From Candidatus Chazhemtobacterium aquaticus (lineage in GTDB: Bacteria; Patescibacteriota; Microgenomatia; UBA1400; Chazhemtobacteraceae): a stretch of 64,000 nucleotides of DNA. The notes under the pieces are model-generated. The model saw only the letters and a program-made list of their open reading frames with translations. It did not search any database and was not told the origin of the DNA. Made by a program: the position numbers and the translations under genes. Location of the stretch: NCBI RefSeq assembly GCF_009936135.1, contig NZ_CP047901.1, forward strand, positions 216,984 to 280,983, in the 5' to 3' direction. Positions 9,471-18,781 of this stretch are shown piece by piece. Within the stretch, counting starts at the first letter, position 1; every line of letters starts with the position of its first letter.

Positions 9471-10337
9471 ATGAAACCGAATCTGCGATCTGCCATTATC
9501 GTCACTCTTAACTATGCCCGTTTTTTTGATCTACCACTTAATCTGTCAGAACTTCATTTTTGGCTAATTTATCCCAAAACCATTAGCAAAGCCAACCTTA
9601 CTCGTTCTCTTTCACGTCTTCCCCCCAGCTACACCTATAATCTAGATAAACCATCCCTCAGCCTTCGTCGTCAACGCCGCCAACTAACCAAACAAAAACT
9701 AACCCAACTCTCTCGTCATATACACCTTCTCTCATACATTCCTACCATTCGCTTGATCACCCTCACCGGCTCTCTTGCTGTTAACAACGCCAGGCCCAAA
9801 GATGATATCGATTTAATGATCATCACCACTCGTCACACTCTCTGGCTTACTCGTTTGTTAGTTACCATCTGTCTACTCCTTTTAGGTAAAAAACGTGTTC
9901 CTACCACCAACCGACCACAACCCAACACCCTGTGTATCAACCTTTGGCTTGATACCTCAAGTCTCGCTGTGCCAACCGCAAAACGTAATCTTTATACCGC
10001 ACATGAAGTGCTCCAAGTTAAACCTCTATACGATCGCCATCAAACATATCAACATTTTCTTAATCAAAACTCCTGGACATCTCGATATCTTGCCAATGCA
10101 TATCACCACCTAGTCCTTTCTACCAGATCAGACAACCCCAACCATTCTTCAGTGCTTAACGATCCCTGGACTCATATCCTACTTGCTCCACTCAACCTTA
10201 TCGCCTTCTCTCTCCAATATCTCTATATGAAGCCAAAAATCACCAAGGAATCCATCTCTCTTCATGCCGCCTACTTTCATCCTCGCAATTTGTCTCCACG
10301 AATCAATGCCTTTCTCAAGTCTACAAACACAAACTAA
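9471..10337 (+). CDS. Predicted nucleotidyltransferase-fold protein (Pol-beta superfamily GS...D.D motif)
   Basis: TGSLAVNNARPKDDIDLMIIT fits the minimal nucleotidyltransferase motif hG[GS]-x(9-13)-DhD. No partner HEPN or effector was recognised. Confidence 0.4.
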   Translation: MKPNLRSAIIVTLNYARFFDLPLNLSELHFWLIYPKTISKANLTRSLSRLPPSYTYNLDKPSLSLRRQRRQLTKQKLTQLSRHIHLLSYIPTIRLITLTGSLAVNNARPKDDIDLMIITTRHTLWLTRLLVTICLLLLGKKRVPTTNRPQPNTLCINLWLDTSSLAVPTAKRNLYTAHEVLQVKPLYDRHQTYQHFLNQNSWTSRYLANAYHHLVLSTRSDNPNHSSVLNDPWTHILLAPLNLIAFSLQYLYMKPKITKESISLHAAYFHPRNLSPRINAFLKSTNTN

Positions 10338-10468
10338 CTCGTCTGTTAGTCAAACTAACTATTTTTTGGTATCATACGTACATAAGTCCAGCCTCAGCTA
10401 TCAGCACCAAAGACTGACCAAAGTCTTCACATTATTCAAAAACTGACAAACGCTAGACTCTACATAAT

Positions 10469-11098
10469 ATGGCCGATTTTGACAAACTTGTAGTAGGCTT
10501 TCTCGTTGACGAAGTAGTAGGTGGTTTTTTTGTGTCTGTCCCACCCGGGCATGTAGCCTGCATTTATGATCGAGGTGCAGGCGTCCTTCCTCGAGTTTGG
10601 GGGCCGGGTCTTCATCTAAAACTCCCTTTTTGGCAAGTCGCCAAGCTCTTTAATGCCCAGATTCTTGAATACACCATTAGGAAAGGTTTTGATATAAACC
10701 AGAAAGAAGCCTTAGGTGATGAGCCAATTACAACAGTTACCCAGGATGGCCATCCAATCTCCGTGGAAGGTTCTTTGCTCTTCAAAATCGACAAGGCCAA
10801 TGCTCCAGAGCTCTGGGAAAACATCGGCGACAACTTTGTTAGCAAGGTGGTTCGCCCATTTGCCCGTTCCCGTATTGCTAATATCTTTACTCAAATCACC
10901 GCTGACCAGATTCGCTCATCACGAACCCAAGTAGAAGAAGCACTCAAGCAAGAACTTAATCGGCTTTTTGATGACAAGGGACTTATAGTTGAAGGAGTAC
11001 TCCTCTCTGAAGTAAAGATTCTTGATCAATCAAACCAACCTCAAAAAGAAATTATTTTCGAAAATTCACCCTCTTCGACTCCACTTCCTACACATTAA
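10469..11098 (+). CDS. SPFH/Band-7 (prohibitin/HflKC-like) domain protein
   Basis: The SPFH core pattern is present (YDRGAGVLPRVWGPGLHLKLPFWQVAKLFNAQILEYT...SRTQVEEALKQEL). Confidence 0.7.
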   Translation: MADFDKLVVGFLVDEVVGGFFVSVPPGHVACIYDRGAGVLPRVWGPGLHLKLPFWQVAKLFNAQILEYTIRKGFDINQKEALGDEPITTVTQDGHPISVEGSLLFKIDKANAPELWENIGDNFVSKVVRPFARSRIANIFTQITADQIRSSRTQVEEALKQELNRLFDDKGLIVEGVLLSEVKILDQSNQPQKEIIFENSPSSTPLPTH

Positions 11099-11155
11099 CC
11101 TCTTGTTCCCTTTATAATCATTCCTAAGCAACATCTTATCTGCTAAAAAAACACT

Positions 11156-13672
11156 ATGTCTCGCACTGTCCTCGAGATTCGAACCGCTAAAGACTCTAAA
11201 GAAACTCCTGAAGCTACTGTTCAGCTTCTATCAAGCCTATCGGGCACTTTAAGTACCAGTTTCTGGCAACGTTTCCAGAACAAACAACCAACCCTTTCTC
11301 TCGAAATTGCTAGCCTCAACCAACGTGTCTTTTTCATTGTTACCTGTGACTCTCAAACTGCCCCGCTAGTTAAAAGCCAGATCGCCGCCCAATATCCTAC
11401 GGCTGTTATCACCCCTACTCAAGACTACTTAGGTACCTGGTCTCGTTATGGTACCCAGTCTGCATCACAAATTACCTTAAGCGCACCCTATTATCTACCC
11501 ATAAAGATCTACTCAAAATTTACTGATACAGATCCGTTAGCTGCCCTTCTTGGAGTTCTTGGTAAAACTCAACCAGGTAGCGCCGCCATTATTCAAATCC
11601 TTCTTACTGCAGCTCCCTCCAACTGGGCGAGCACAGGCAAGAGCGTTATTCAAAAAGGAGTAAGTTCTGACCCGGAAACTTTCAAACCTCATCCCCAACA
11701 AGCCCTCATTGAAGAAAAACTTTCCACCAAAGCCTTTCACGTTGGCATTCGTCTCCTTGGTGTCAGCCCACAACATTCCCAAGCACAACTTCTGGTATCT
11801 CAGATGAGTAGTGCTCTCGGCACTTTTGCTTTATCTGAAGGTAACTCATTAGTCCCAACCAAAACTAGCTCAACCTCCAACCTCATTGCCTCCATGGTTG
11901 CTCGCGATCCCCGATTTTTACCCAAAAACCAATACCTCAATGTTCTTGAACTAGCTTCTTTGTATCATTTTCCTGGTGAAAGCCTCTCCGGACTTCGTAA
12001 CATCGCTTGGGGCAAAACCATTAAAGGCGAAGCTCCAGACAATCTTCCCACCAAAGACACTCTTGACCCCACCATCCTTAAAGACACCAATTTTTTTGCC
12101 CGCACCGAATACAAAAACCAACTAGCCGACTTTGGTATCAAGCTTCGAGACCGTCGTCGTCATTTCTATATCCTAGGTAAGTCTGGTACCGGAAAGTCAA
12201 CTCTCCTGGCTAATATGGCTATCTCCGATATGCATAATAATCAAGGTTTTGCCGTCATTGATCCTCACGGTGACCTGGTCGAGCAGACTCTACTTGATTA
12301 TGTCCCAGAGCATCGTCTCGCTGACATCGCCTATCTCGATCCAGCCGATGCTCAGCACCCATTTCACTTGAATCCTCTCGAGGTTAAGCGACCAGAGCAC
12401 AAAGAATTAGTTGCCTCGGGTATTGTCTCGATTTTTCAAAAAATCTTCCATTATTCCTGGGGTCCTCGTCTGGAATACATCCTAAGAAACACCCTTATGA
12501 CCCTAGTTGAAATAGAAGGATCAACCCTGCTTGACATTCCCAAATTACTCACCGACAAAAATTTCCGAACTCAACTTGTCACTCAGCTCAACCCCGAAAC
12601 CCACCAAGTCCTCATCGAGTTCTGGACTCGCGAGTTCGATCAATATGGTGACAAACTGAGAAACGAAGCCATTGCTCCCATCCTTAATAAAGTTGGCCAA
12701 TTCATTGGCAGCCCTACCATCCGCCAAATCTTAAAAAACCCCAAATCCAGTATCGATCTGGAATCAATGATGAATCAGGGTAAAATCGTCCTACTCAATC
12801 TATCCCAGGGTAGGCTAGGGGAGGATAACGCCACTTTGCTTGGCGCCATGTTTATTACCCAATTTCAACTAGCCGCCATGAACCGCATCAATATTCCTGA
12901 AGAACAACGCAAAGACTTCTTTCTCTACGTCGACGAGTTTCAAAACTTTGCTACCACCTCCTTTATAAAAATTCTTGCCGAAGCCAGGAAATACAGACTT
13001 GGTCTCATCCTTGCCAACCAATATACTGCCCAACTTCCTGAAGAAATCCAAAAAGCTATTTTTGGTAACGTTGGCACCATCGCCACCTTTGTCATGGGCG
13101 CAGATGACGCAACCAGTATCTCCAAAGAGTTTGGTGAACTCTATACCGTTGACGACCTAGTCAATCTTGGCAAGTTCCAAATCATTACCAAATTAAGTAT
13201 CGACGATCGCATCAGCAATCCCTTCCCTGCCTACACCCTCCCCTTACCAGATATCAAAAATCAAAACCGACCCCGAGTGCTCGAAGCATCCCACTCTCAA
13301 TACTCACAACCAGTCGATCTCACTCCCGTCTCAACTCCATCACCCAGTTTGCCTCATCCCATGCCTCAACCCCAGACGCAGTCAAACCCCACCTCGGACG
13401 CCAGACCACCCCTTGATCTGTCTCAGTTAGAACTCGGCAAGGTCTATTCCGGCATCGTCAAAAACATCAAAGACTACGGAGCATTCGTTGAAATTCTTCC
13501 TGGATACGAAGGCCTGGTTCATGTCAGTAACTTAAGCAAGTCTCACATTAAAAAACCTCAAGACTTGCTAAAAACCGGCGATCAAGTAAAGGTTAAGCTC
13601 TATGAAATTGATGATAAAAACAGGCTTAACCTAACCATGATTCTTGACCAGGAGCCATCAGCGACAAAATAA
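11156..13672 (+). CDS. FtsK/HerA/TraD(VirD4)-superfamily P-loop ATPase with a long N-terminal domain and a C-terminal S1 nucleic-acid-binding domain
   Basis: Walker A is GKSGTGKST and Walker B-like is FLYVDEFQNF. The FtsK/TraD-like EARKYRLGLILANQYTAQL segment is present. After a Pro-rich linker comes an S1 fold (GKVYSGIVKNIKDYGAFVEILPGYEGLVHVSNLS...GDQVKVKLYEIDDKNRLNLTM). Confidence 0.6.
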   Translation: MSRTVLEIRTAKDSKETPEATVQLLSSLSGTLSTSFWQRFQNKQPTLSLEIASLNQRVFFIVTCDSQTAPLVKSQIAAQYPTAVITPTQDYLGTWSRYGTQSASQITLSAPYYLPIKIYSKFTDTDPLAALLGVLGKTQPGSAAIIQILLTAAPSNWASTGKSVIQKGVSSDPETFKPHPQQALIEEKLSTKAFHVGIRLLGVSPQHSQAQLLVSQMSSALGTFALSEGNSLVPTKTSSTSNLIASMVARDPRFLPKNQYLNVLELASLYHFPGESLSGLRNIAWGKTIKGEAPDNLPTKDTLDPTILKDTNFFARTEYKNQLADFGIKLRDRRRHFYILGKSGTGKSTLLANMAISDMHNNQGFAVIDPHGDLVEQTLLDYVPEHRLADIAYLDPADAQHPFHLNPLEVKRPEHKELVASGIVSIFQKIFHYSWGPRLEYILRNTLMTLVEIEGSTLLDIPKLLTDKNFRTQLVTQLNPETHQVLIEFWTREFDQYGDKLRNEAIAPILNKVGQFIGSPTIRQILKNPKSSIDLESMMNQGKIVLLNLSQGRLGEDNATLLGAMFITQFQLAAMNRINIPEEQRKDFFLYVDEFQNFATTSFIKILAEARKYRLGLILANQYTAQLPEEIQKAIFGNVGTIATFVMGADDATSISKEFGELYTVDDLVNLGKFQIITKLSIDDRISNPFPAYTLPLPDIKNQNRPRVLEASHSQYSQPVDLTPVSTPSPSLPHPMPQPQTQSNPTSDARPPLDLSQLELGKVYSGIVKNIKDYGAFVEILPGYEGLVHVSNLSKSHIKKPQDLLKTGDQVKVKLYEIDDKNRLNLTMILDQEPSATK

Positions 13673-13716
13673 GTTATGATAAGCATCTCTGTTTAGTCCA
13701 ATCATCAATCACCCTC

Positions 13717-13770
13717 TTGACACTCACTAACTGTCTCCCTAAAATAGCAATCGAATAGGTCGAGTGATAA
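13717..13770 (+). promoter_or_regulatory. Sigma-70-like promoter (TTGACA-17-TAAAAT) overlapped by a CIRCE-like operator (ATAGCAATC-N9-GAGTGATAA) upstream of groES
   Basis: TTGACA lies at 13717-13722 and TAAAAT at 13740-13745. The inverted-repeat-like 9-N9-9 element at 13744-13770 matches CIRCE TTAGCACTC-N9-GAGTGCTAA at 7/9 and 8/9 positions. Confidence 0.5.
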
Positions 13771-13815
13771 TCACTCGCTTTCTGTCTTCGAAATTATCAA
13801 TTACACTAATAACTC

Positions 13816-14145
13816 ATGTCCACACAATCAACCCTTACCCTTAACACCCTTAAGCCTACACCTGGCCATCTCTTAGTTCAGCCAGCTGATACTGAAAAAC
13901 AAACCGCTTCTGGTATTTATCTTCCCGAATCTCACGACGAAGCTCCATTATACGGTACTGTGGTAGCCGTAGGATCTGATCTTCTTACTGAGTCCGGTAC
14001 CACCATTAAAGCCCCCGCAAAAATAGGGGATATGGTTGTCTATAAAAAATGGGGCGGCAACGAGTTTACTCTTGGCCAAGTCGACTATCAATTTCTAAAG
14101 TTCGAAGATATCCTAGCCGTAGCTTCAAGCTCGAAAAAACAGTAA
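13816..14145 (+). CDS. groES: Co-chaperonin GroES
   Basis: LKPTPGHLLVQPADTEKQTASGIYLPESHDEAPLYGTVVAVGS matches Cpn10. Confidence 0.9.
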   Translation: MSTQSTLTLNTLKPTPGHLLVQPADTEKQTASGIYLPESHDEAPLYGTVVAVGSDLLTESGTTIKAPAKIGDMVVYKKWGGNEFTLGQVDYQFLKFEDILAVASSSKKQ

Positions 14146-14199
14146 CCACTCTCGAAAATAAATACAAATAATATTAATTAGTTTTACTATCCAATAACC

Positions 14200-15828
14200 A
14201 TGTCAGCCAAACAAATCACCTACTCTGAAGAAGCCCGAAAAAAACTAAAAACGGGTGTTGATAAACTTGCCCGTGCTGTTGTTACTACTCTAGGCCCTCG
14301 TGGCAAAAACGTCGCCATTGATAAGAAATGGGGCGCTCCCGCTGTTCTTCATGATGGTGTCTCTGTTGCCAAAGAAGTCGAACTCGAGGATCCTTTTGAA
14401 AACATGGGCGCACAGCTTGTCAAAGAAGCCGCCGAAAAAACCAATGACGCCGCCGGTGACGGTACGACCACTGCCACTCTTCTCGCCCAACAGATAGTTG
14501 ACGGAGGCATGAAGGCAGTTGCTGCTGGCAGCAACCCAATGCTTATGAAGCGAGGTATTGATAAAGCCGTTGCGGCAGTTACCACCGAACTTAAGAAAAA
14601 TAGCAAAACAGTCAAGGAATCTGACTGGGAGGCGGTAGCTACTATTTCAGCCCAAAACCCTCAAATTGGTAAAACCATCGCTGACGCCCTTAGTAAGGTG
14701 GGTGGTAAAGACGGTCTGGTTGAAGTCGAGGAGGGAAGAGGTCTGGAGATCGAAACCGAACTTAAAGAGGGTATGTCTTTCGACAAAGGCTACTCATCCC
14801 CATATTTCGTGACTGATCCTGACAACATGGAGGCCGTCATCGAAGATGCCAGTATCCTTATTACTGACCAGAAAATATCAGCCGTTAACGACCTTCTCCC
14901 GTTCCTTGAAAACACCGTCAAAACCACCAAAAACCTCGTCATTATTGCTGACGATATCGAAGGTGAGGCTCTGGCTACTTTAGTTGTTAATAAACTACGA
15001 GGTACCTTTAATGTTCTTGCAGTCAAGGCTCCCGGGTTTGGTGATAATCGTAAAGAAATGCTTCAAGATATTGCCATTCTCACCGGAGGGTCATTTATCA
15101 GTGAAGATACTGGTCGAAAACTAGAGTCTGTCACTTTAGAAGACCTAGGTAGAGCTGATCGGGTAGTTTCCGACAAGGATGCCACTAGAATTATCGGTGG
15201 ACAAGGAAGCAAAGACAGCCTTAATACTCGTATTGCTCAGCTTAAAAATGCTATCTCCAAAACCACCTCAGAGTTTGATAAGGAAAAACTTCAAGAGCGT
15301 CTTGCCAAACTCGCCGGTGGCGTTGCCGTTATTAAAGTTGGCGCTGCCTCCGAGACTGAGATGAACGAGCTAAAGGAAAGAGTTAAAGACGCTGTTGGTG
15401 CCACCAAAGCGGCCATTGAGGAAGGCATCGTCCCCGGAGGGGGAGTTGCTCTCCTTCGTGCCGCCAAAGTTCTCGATTCACTTAAATTCGATAACGATGA
15501 CGAAAAGGTTGGTATCAAAATTGTTGCCGACGCTCTCTCTCAACCTCTCCGCTGGTTAGCCAAAAACTCTGGAGCCGAGGAGGGTTGGGTAGTTAAACAA
15601 GTTGAACAACACCCTGACAAATCTTATGGCTTCAATGCCGTCACCCTCGAATTCGGTGACATGCTATCCGCTGGCATTATTGATCCGGTCAAGGTTACCC
15701 GGGCTGCCCTCCAAAACGCCGCCTCTGTGGCCAGCATGATTCTTACCACCGAAGCGCTCATTACCGAGATTCCTCAAAAAGAAGGGGACAAAGACTCAAC
15801 TCCCAATCCCGGAATGATGGGAATGTAA
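14200..15828 (+). CDS. groEL: Chaperonin GroEL
   Basis: [22 protein letters not shown], the [15 protein letters not shown]-binding motif and the C-terminal GMMGM tail are present. Confidence 0.95.
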   Translation: MSAKQITYSEEARKKLKTGVDKLARAVVTTLGPRGKNVAIDKKWGAPAVLHDGVSVAKEVELEDPFENMGAQLVKEAAEKTNDAAGDGTTTATLLAQQIVDGGMKAVAAGSNPMLMKRGIDKAVAAVTTELKKNSKTVKESDWEAVATISAQNPQIGKTIADALSKVGGKDGLVEVEEGRGLEIETELKEGMSFDKGYSSPYFVTDPDNMEAVIEDASILITDQKISAVNDLLPFLENTVKTTKNLVIIADDIEGEALATLVVNKLRGTFNVLAVKAPGFGDNRKEMLQDIAILTGGSFISEDTGRKLESVTLEDLGRADRVVSDKDATRIIGGQGSKDSLNTRIAQLKNAISKTTSEFDKEKLQERLAKLAGGVAVIKVGAASETEMNELKERVKDAVGATKAAIEEGIVPGGGVALLRAAKVLDSLKFDNDDEKVGIKIVADALSQPLRWLAKNSGAEEGWVVKQVEQHPDKSYGFNAVTLEFGDMLSAGIIDPVKVTRAALQNAASVASMILTTEALITEIPQKEGDKDSTPNPGMMGM

Positions 15829-15856
15829 AATCAATTAGACTAAAGATGTTTAAAAC

Positions 15857-15888
15857 AAGCCTCCTTATCGTGGGAGGTTTGTTTTTAT
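15857..15888 (+). terminator. Intrinsic terminator after groEL
   Basis: AAGCCUCC-UUAUCGU-GGGAGGUU forms an 8-bp stem followed by UGUUUUUA. Confidence 0.6.
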
Positions 15889-15904
15889 CGATATAATTTC
15901 TCTG

Positions 15905-16516
15905 ATGCAATCAACTACGCCAGAACAACATCTCTCTCACGATCCAGTTATCAAATCACTAATCAATCAATATCATCTACCTCCACTAGAGGAGTCAACC
16001 AATCTCTATCTCGACCTAGTCAATATCATCATCAGCCAGCAGCTTTCTGTTAAGGCCGCAAAAAGTATTACCAATCGTCTACATCATTTACTCAACTACA
16101 AATCATCTGCCAAGGTTACTCCCCACCGTCTTCTTAAGCTCTCCGCTGAACAACTTCGCTCCGTTGGCTTATCTCAACCCAAGATCACCTACATCCACCA
16201 CCTTTCCCAATCCGTTATCGACAACCAGATCATAATAGATCAGCTTAAAAAAGCCTCCGACGAGTCCGTTTTTGAGCAAATCACCAAGCTCAAGGGTCTT
16301 GGCCCCTGGTCAGCAGACATGTTTCTCATCTTTTCTCTTCAACGACCTGATATTTTCTCCATCCACGATCTAGGCTTGAGAACCGCCGTTAGTCGCCTTT
16401 ACCATCTCGACCGACAAGATTTTGATGCCATAAATCATCTTTCTCAAAAATGGTCACCTTATCGCAGTCTTGCTAGTCGCTATCTCTGGGCTAGTCTTGA
16501 CAACTCTCCGGTCTAG
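15905..16516 (+). CDS. HhH-GPD family DNA-3-methyladenine glycosylase II-like base-excision enzyme
   Basis: The helix-hairpin-helix Gly/Pro-Asp region LKGLGPWSADMFLIFSLQRPDIFSIHDLGLR is present. Confidence 0.7.
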   Translation: MQSTTPEQHLSHDPVIKSLINQYHLPPLEESTNLYLDLVNIIISQQLSVKAAKSITNRLHHLLNYKSSAKVTPHRLLKLSAEQLRSVGLSQPKITYIHHLSQSVIDNQIIIDQLKKASDESVFEQITKLKGLGPWSADMFLIFSLQRPDIFSIHDLGLRTAVSRLYHLDRQDFDAINHLSQKWSPYRSLASRYLWASLDNSPV

Positions 16517-16561
16517 AACTGATCAATCAACTTCAAAAACTGTCCCATCTTCTAAAAACAC

Positions 16562-17659
16562 CTAATCCTTATCTTCCTGCAACTTCTCCATTAAGAGAGA
16601 GTAAAATCTCAAGTTGTGAATAGTTGCTAATCTACCAGCTGTCATGTCCCCAATTCGAAATAAATGAGCTAAATAAGCCCTGCTATATTTCCTACACAAC
16701 AAACAATCACACGCCGTGCTTACCGGTCTATCATCTTTGTAATATTTTTCCTTATCCGGTACATAATACTGCCAGAATTTCTCTTTTCCGACATCGATTT
16801 CGTCAATACTCTCAGCGTTATATACATACAATCGTTTATGCCTCGCATCTCTAGTTGGCAACACACAATCAAAAATGTGATACCCCATTTTTGCCAGTTT
16901 TACTACTTCATCTGGTTTACCAATTCCCAAACCATATAACCAATAACCTTCAGGCGCCTCCTCCGCAATAATTTCAGCAGACCTATAATCAAAACTTCCA
17001 TCATTGTTAATAGGCCAACCTCCATAACCAAAACCATCAAAGCCAATCTTGCCTAACTCTCGAGCACAAAAACGTCTTAAATCCTCATAGAACCCTCCCT
17101 GAACCACCCCTAGCAGGTAAGGTCTATCTTTCACTGCTATTTTTTTTGTTTCACAAATCCTCTCAAACTCTTCCTTAGATCTCCTTGCCCAATCAATTGT
17201 TCTTCTCACTGTCTCTTTTGCTTCCTCGTAACTCGCTGTCGGGGGAGTAAAGTCATCCAGAACCACCACCATGTCAGCTCCGATCTCCATCTGGAAAGCT
17301 ATTGACTTCTCCGGAGTAAATATTATTTTTTTCTTTCTGCTTGGCCTAAACACAATTCCTTCATCATCAACTTTCCCATTTCCGGTTTGTTTTACCAGGC
17401 TCATCAATTGAAAACCCCCAGAGTCTGATATAAGACCACCCTCCCATCCCATAAACCCACGAACTCCACCATGCTTCTTCAACACATCTTTTCCCAGTTC
17501 AAGAAACAAATGATAAGTATTCACCAAAATCCCTGGAGTCCCAGTCTTTCTTATGTCTTCACTGTCCAGCGACTTTAAAACAGCCCTCGTAGCATCTGGG
17601 AAAAACACGGGCGTGTTAATCTTCCCAAACTTACTTATAAACTGTTTTTCTTGAACCAC
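16562..17659 (-). CDS. tgt: Queuine tRNA-ribosyltransferase
   Basis: FFPDATRA, LISDSGGFQ and the zinc site CDCLLCRKYSRAYLAHL match Tgt. Confidence 0.85.
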   Translation of the reverse strand: MVQEKQFISKFGKINTPVFFPDATRAVLKSLDSEDIRKTGTPGILVNTYHLFLELGKDVLKKHGGVRGFMGWEGGLISDSGGFQLMSLVKQTGNGKVDDEGIVFRPSRKKKIIFTPEKSIAFQMEIGADMVVVLDDFTPPTASYEEAKETVRRTIDWARRSKEEFERICETKKIAVKDRPYLLGVVQGGFYEDLRRFCARELGKIGFDGFGYGGWPINNDGSFDYRSAEIIAEEAPEGYWLYGLGIGKPDEVVKLAKMGYHIFDCVLPTRDARHKRLYVYNAESIDEIDVGKEKFWQYYVPDKEKYYKDDRPVSTACDCLLCRKYSRAYLAHLFRIGDMTAGRLATIHNLRFYSLLMEKLQEDKD

Positions 17660-17785
17660 CTCTTAATTGTACCTCACTACATATCCACAAAAAAGACAAG
17701 ATTTCCACACAAAATATTTAACTGGCGTATCAACCAATATCTAAAAAGATATCTGGAAAAACCGAGTCATAACAGATTCATCAAC

Positions 17786-18487
17786 TTACCTCAAATACAA
17801 AGCTGGATTTACACGTCTACCAGACTCAATTACCTCCAAATGCAAGTGAGGACCAGTGGTCCATCCTGTCATGCCAATCTCACCAATTGCTTTATCTCCA
17901 GCAACCTCATCGCCCTCCTGGACATAAATTTTGCCTAAATGGGCATATAATGACTGCACATCACCACCGTGGTCGATTATCAAATGTCGACCATAACCAC
18001 TTCTATGATTTAATACAGCCACCACCTTACCGCTTGCTAATGGCAGTACAACTGATCCTTTAGGTGCCCTAATATCTATACCAGCATGAAACACGTGATA
18101 TGTCTGAGATACGCCAATGGCTTCAGGAACAGGGTAGGTGAGTGAGGAATCAGTTTTTATCTGGATTTCCATTTTTTTCTCTAATCCAACCATCTCACTT
18201 GATACTACTCCCAGCGCTGAAGCTGGAATACTCGAAAACATTCCAGTCAGCAAGGTAACAATAGTGAGCTGTACCCCTACCAAACTCTTGATTTTTGGAG
18301 CCTCAAAAACTGGCCTCAATAGTTTGGATATTGGATTAGACTTTCTGGTTTCAGGCAATAACTTTCTAACCCACAAACCAAGCGATTTGATCCAAGCAAT
18401 CAACATCTTCCCAGCTTCCATATCACCAGGATTTTTCGTCCACAAACCTAACCCCAACAGGCCTAAAGCTTCGATTCGTTGTATCAT
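17786..18487 (-). CDS. M23 family metallopeptidase (LytM-like), N-terminal TM anchor
   Basis: HAGIDIRAPKGSVV...GYGRHLIIDHGG...HLHLEV carries the M23 HxxxD and HxH motifs. Confidence 0.8.
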   Translation of the reverse strand: MIQRIEALGLLGLGLWTKNPGDMEAGKMLIAWIKSLGLWVRKLLPETRKSNPISKLLRPVFEAPKIKSLVGVQLTIVTLLTGMFSSIPASALGVVSSEMVGLEKKMEIQIKTDSSLTYPVPEAIGVSQTYHVFHAGIDIRAPKGSVVLPLASGKVVAVLNHRSGYGRHLIIDHGGDVQSLYAHLGKIYVQEGDEVAGDKAIGEIGMTGWTTGPHLHLEVIESGRRVNPALYLR

Positions 18488-18508
18488 AAGTGCGGCTACT
18501 TAACCGCG

Positions 18509-18650
18509 CTTCAACCACTGTTGTTGTCTTCAAAAGGAAGGGTGAAGTTTCCGGCTGCGGATAGAACTCCACTTCCCGTCATCTCTTTTCAGACCATTGT
18601 GTTATTCTGAATCGAGAACTGACGTCAACAACAACCGTGTTTAGCCATTA
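18509..18650. ncRNA. Candidate structured RNA element of unknown class in the 294-nt divergent intergenic region
   Basis: A long-range helix CAC-U-GUUGUUGU (18509-18520) pairs with ACAACAAC-C-GUG (18635-18650). It encloses about 115 nt containing an imperfect hairpin GGAAGGGUGAAGUU...AACUCCACUUCC. The strand is undetermined. Confidence 0.3.
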
Positions 18651-18781
18651 AGGCTAAAAAACCCTTATATTATCTTTAAGGGTTAATACTAAAAAAGCCT
18701 GTTTATCACAGACTTTCTAAGCAACAAATATACCCTATATTAACCAAAAAGTCAACCATAACAGCCTAGCATCAATCCTTT

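Noticed and set aside
10396-10425. Hairpin AAGACU-GACCAA-AGUCUU as a terminator after the NTase-fold gene
   Set aside because: There is no downstream U-tract on the plus strand. It is noted only as a weak structure.
13760-13778. Perfect 17-nt palindrome CGAGTGATAATCACTCG upstream of groES as a separate operator
   Set aside because: It overlaps the right arm of the CIRCE-like element. It is most simply part of the same HrcA site rather than an independent feature.
18509-18650. Possible SRP (4.5S) RNA: contains GGAA and an AGAUGACG-like stretch on the minus strand, with the two ends of the element base-paired
   Set aside because: The order and spacing of the conserved helix-8 motifs (GGAA tetraloop, AGCAGCC, symmetric and asymmetric loops) do not match on either strand. 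Kept only as an unclassified structured element.
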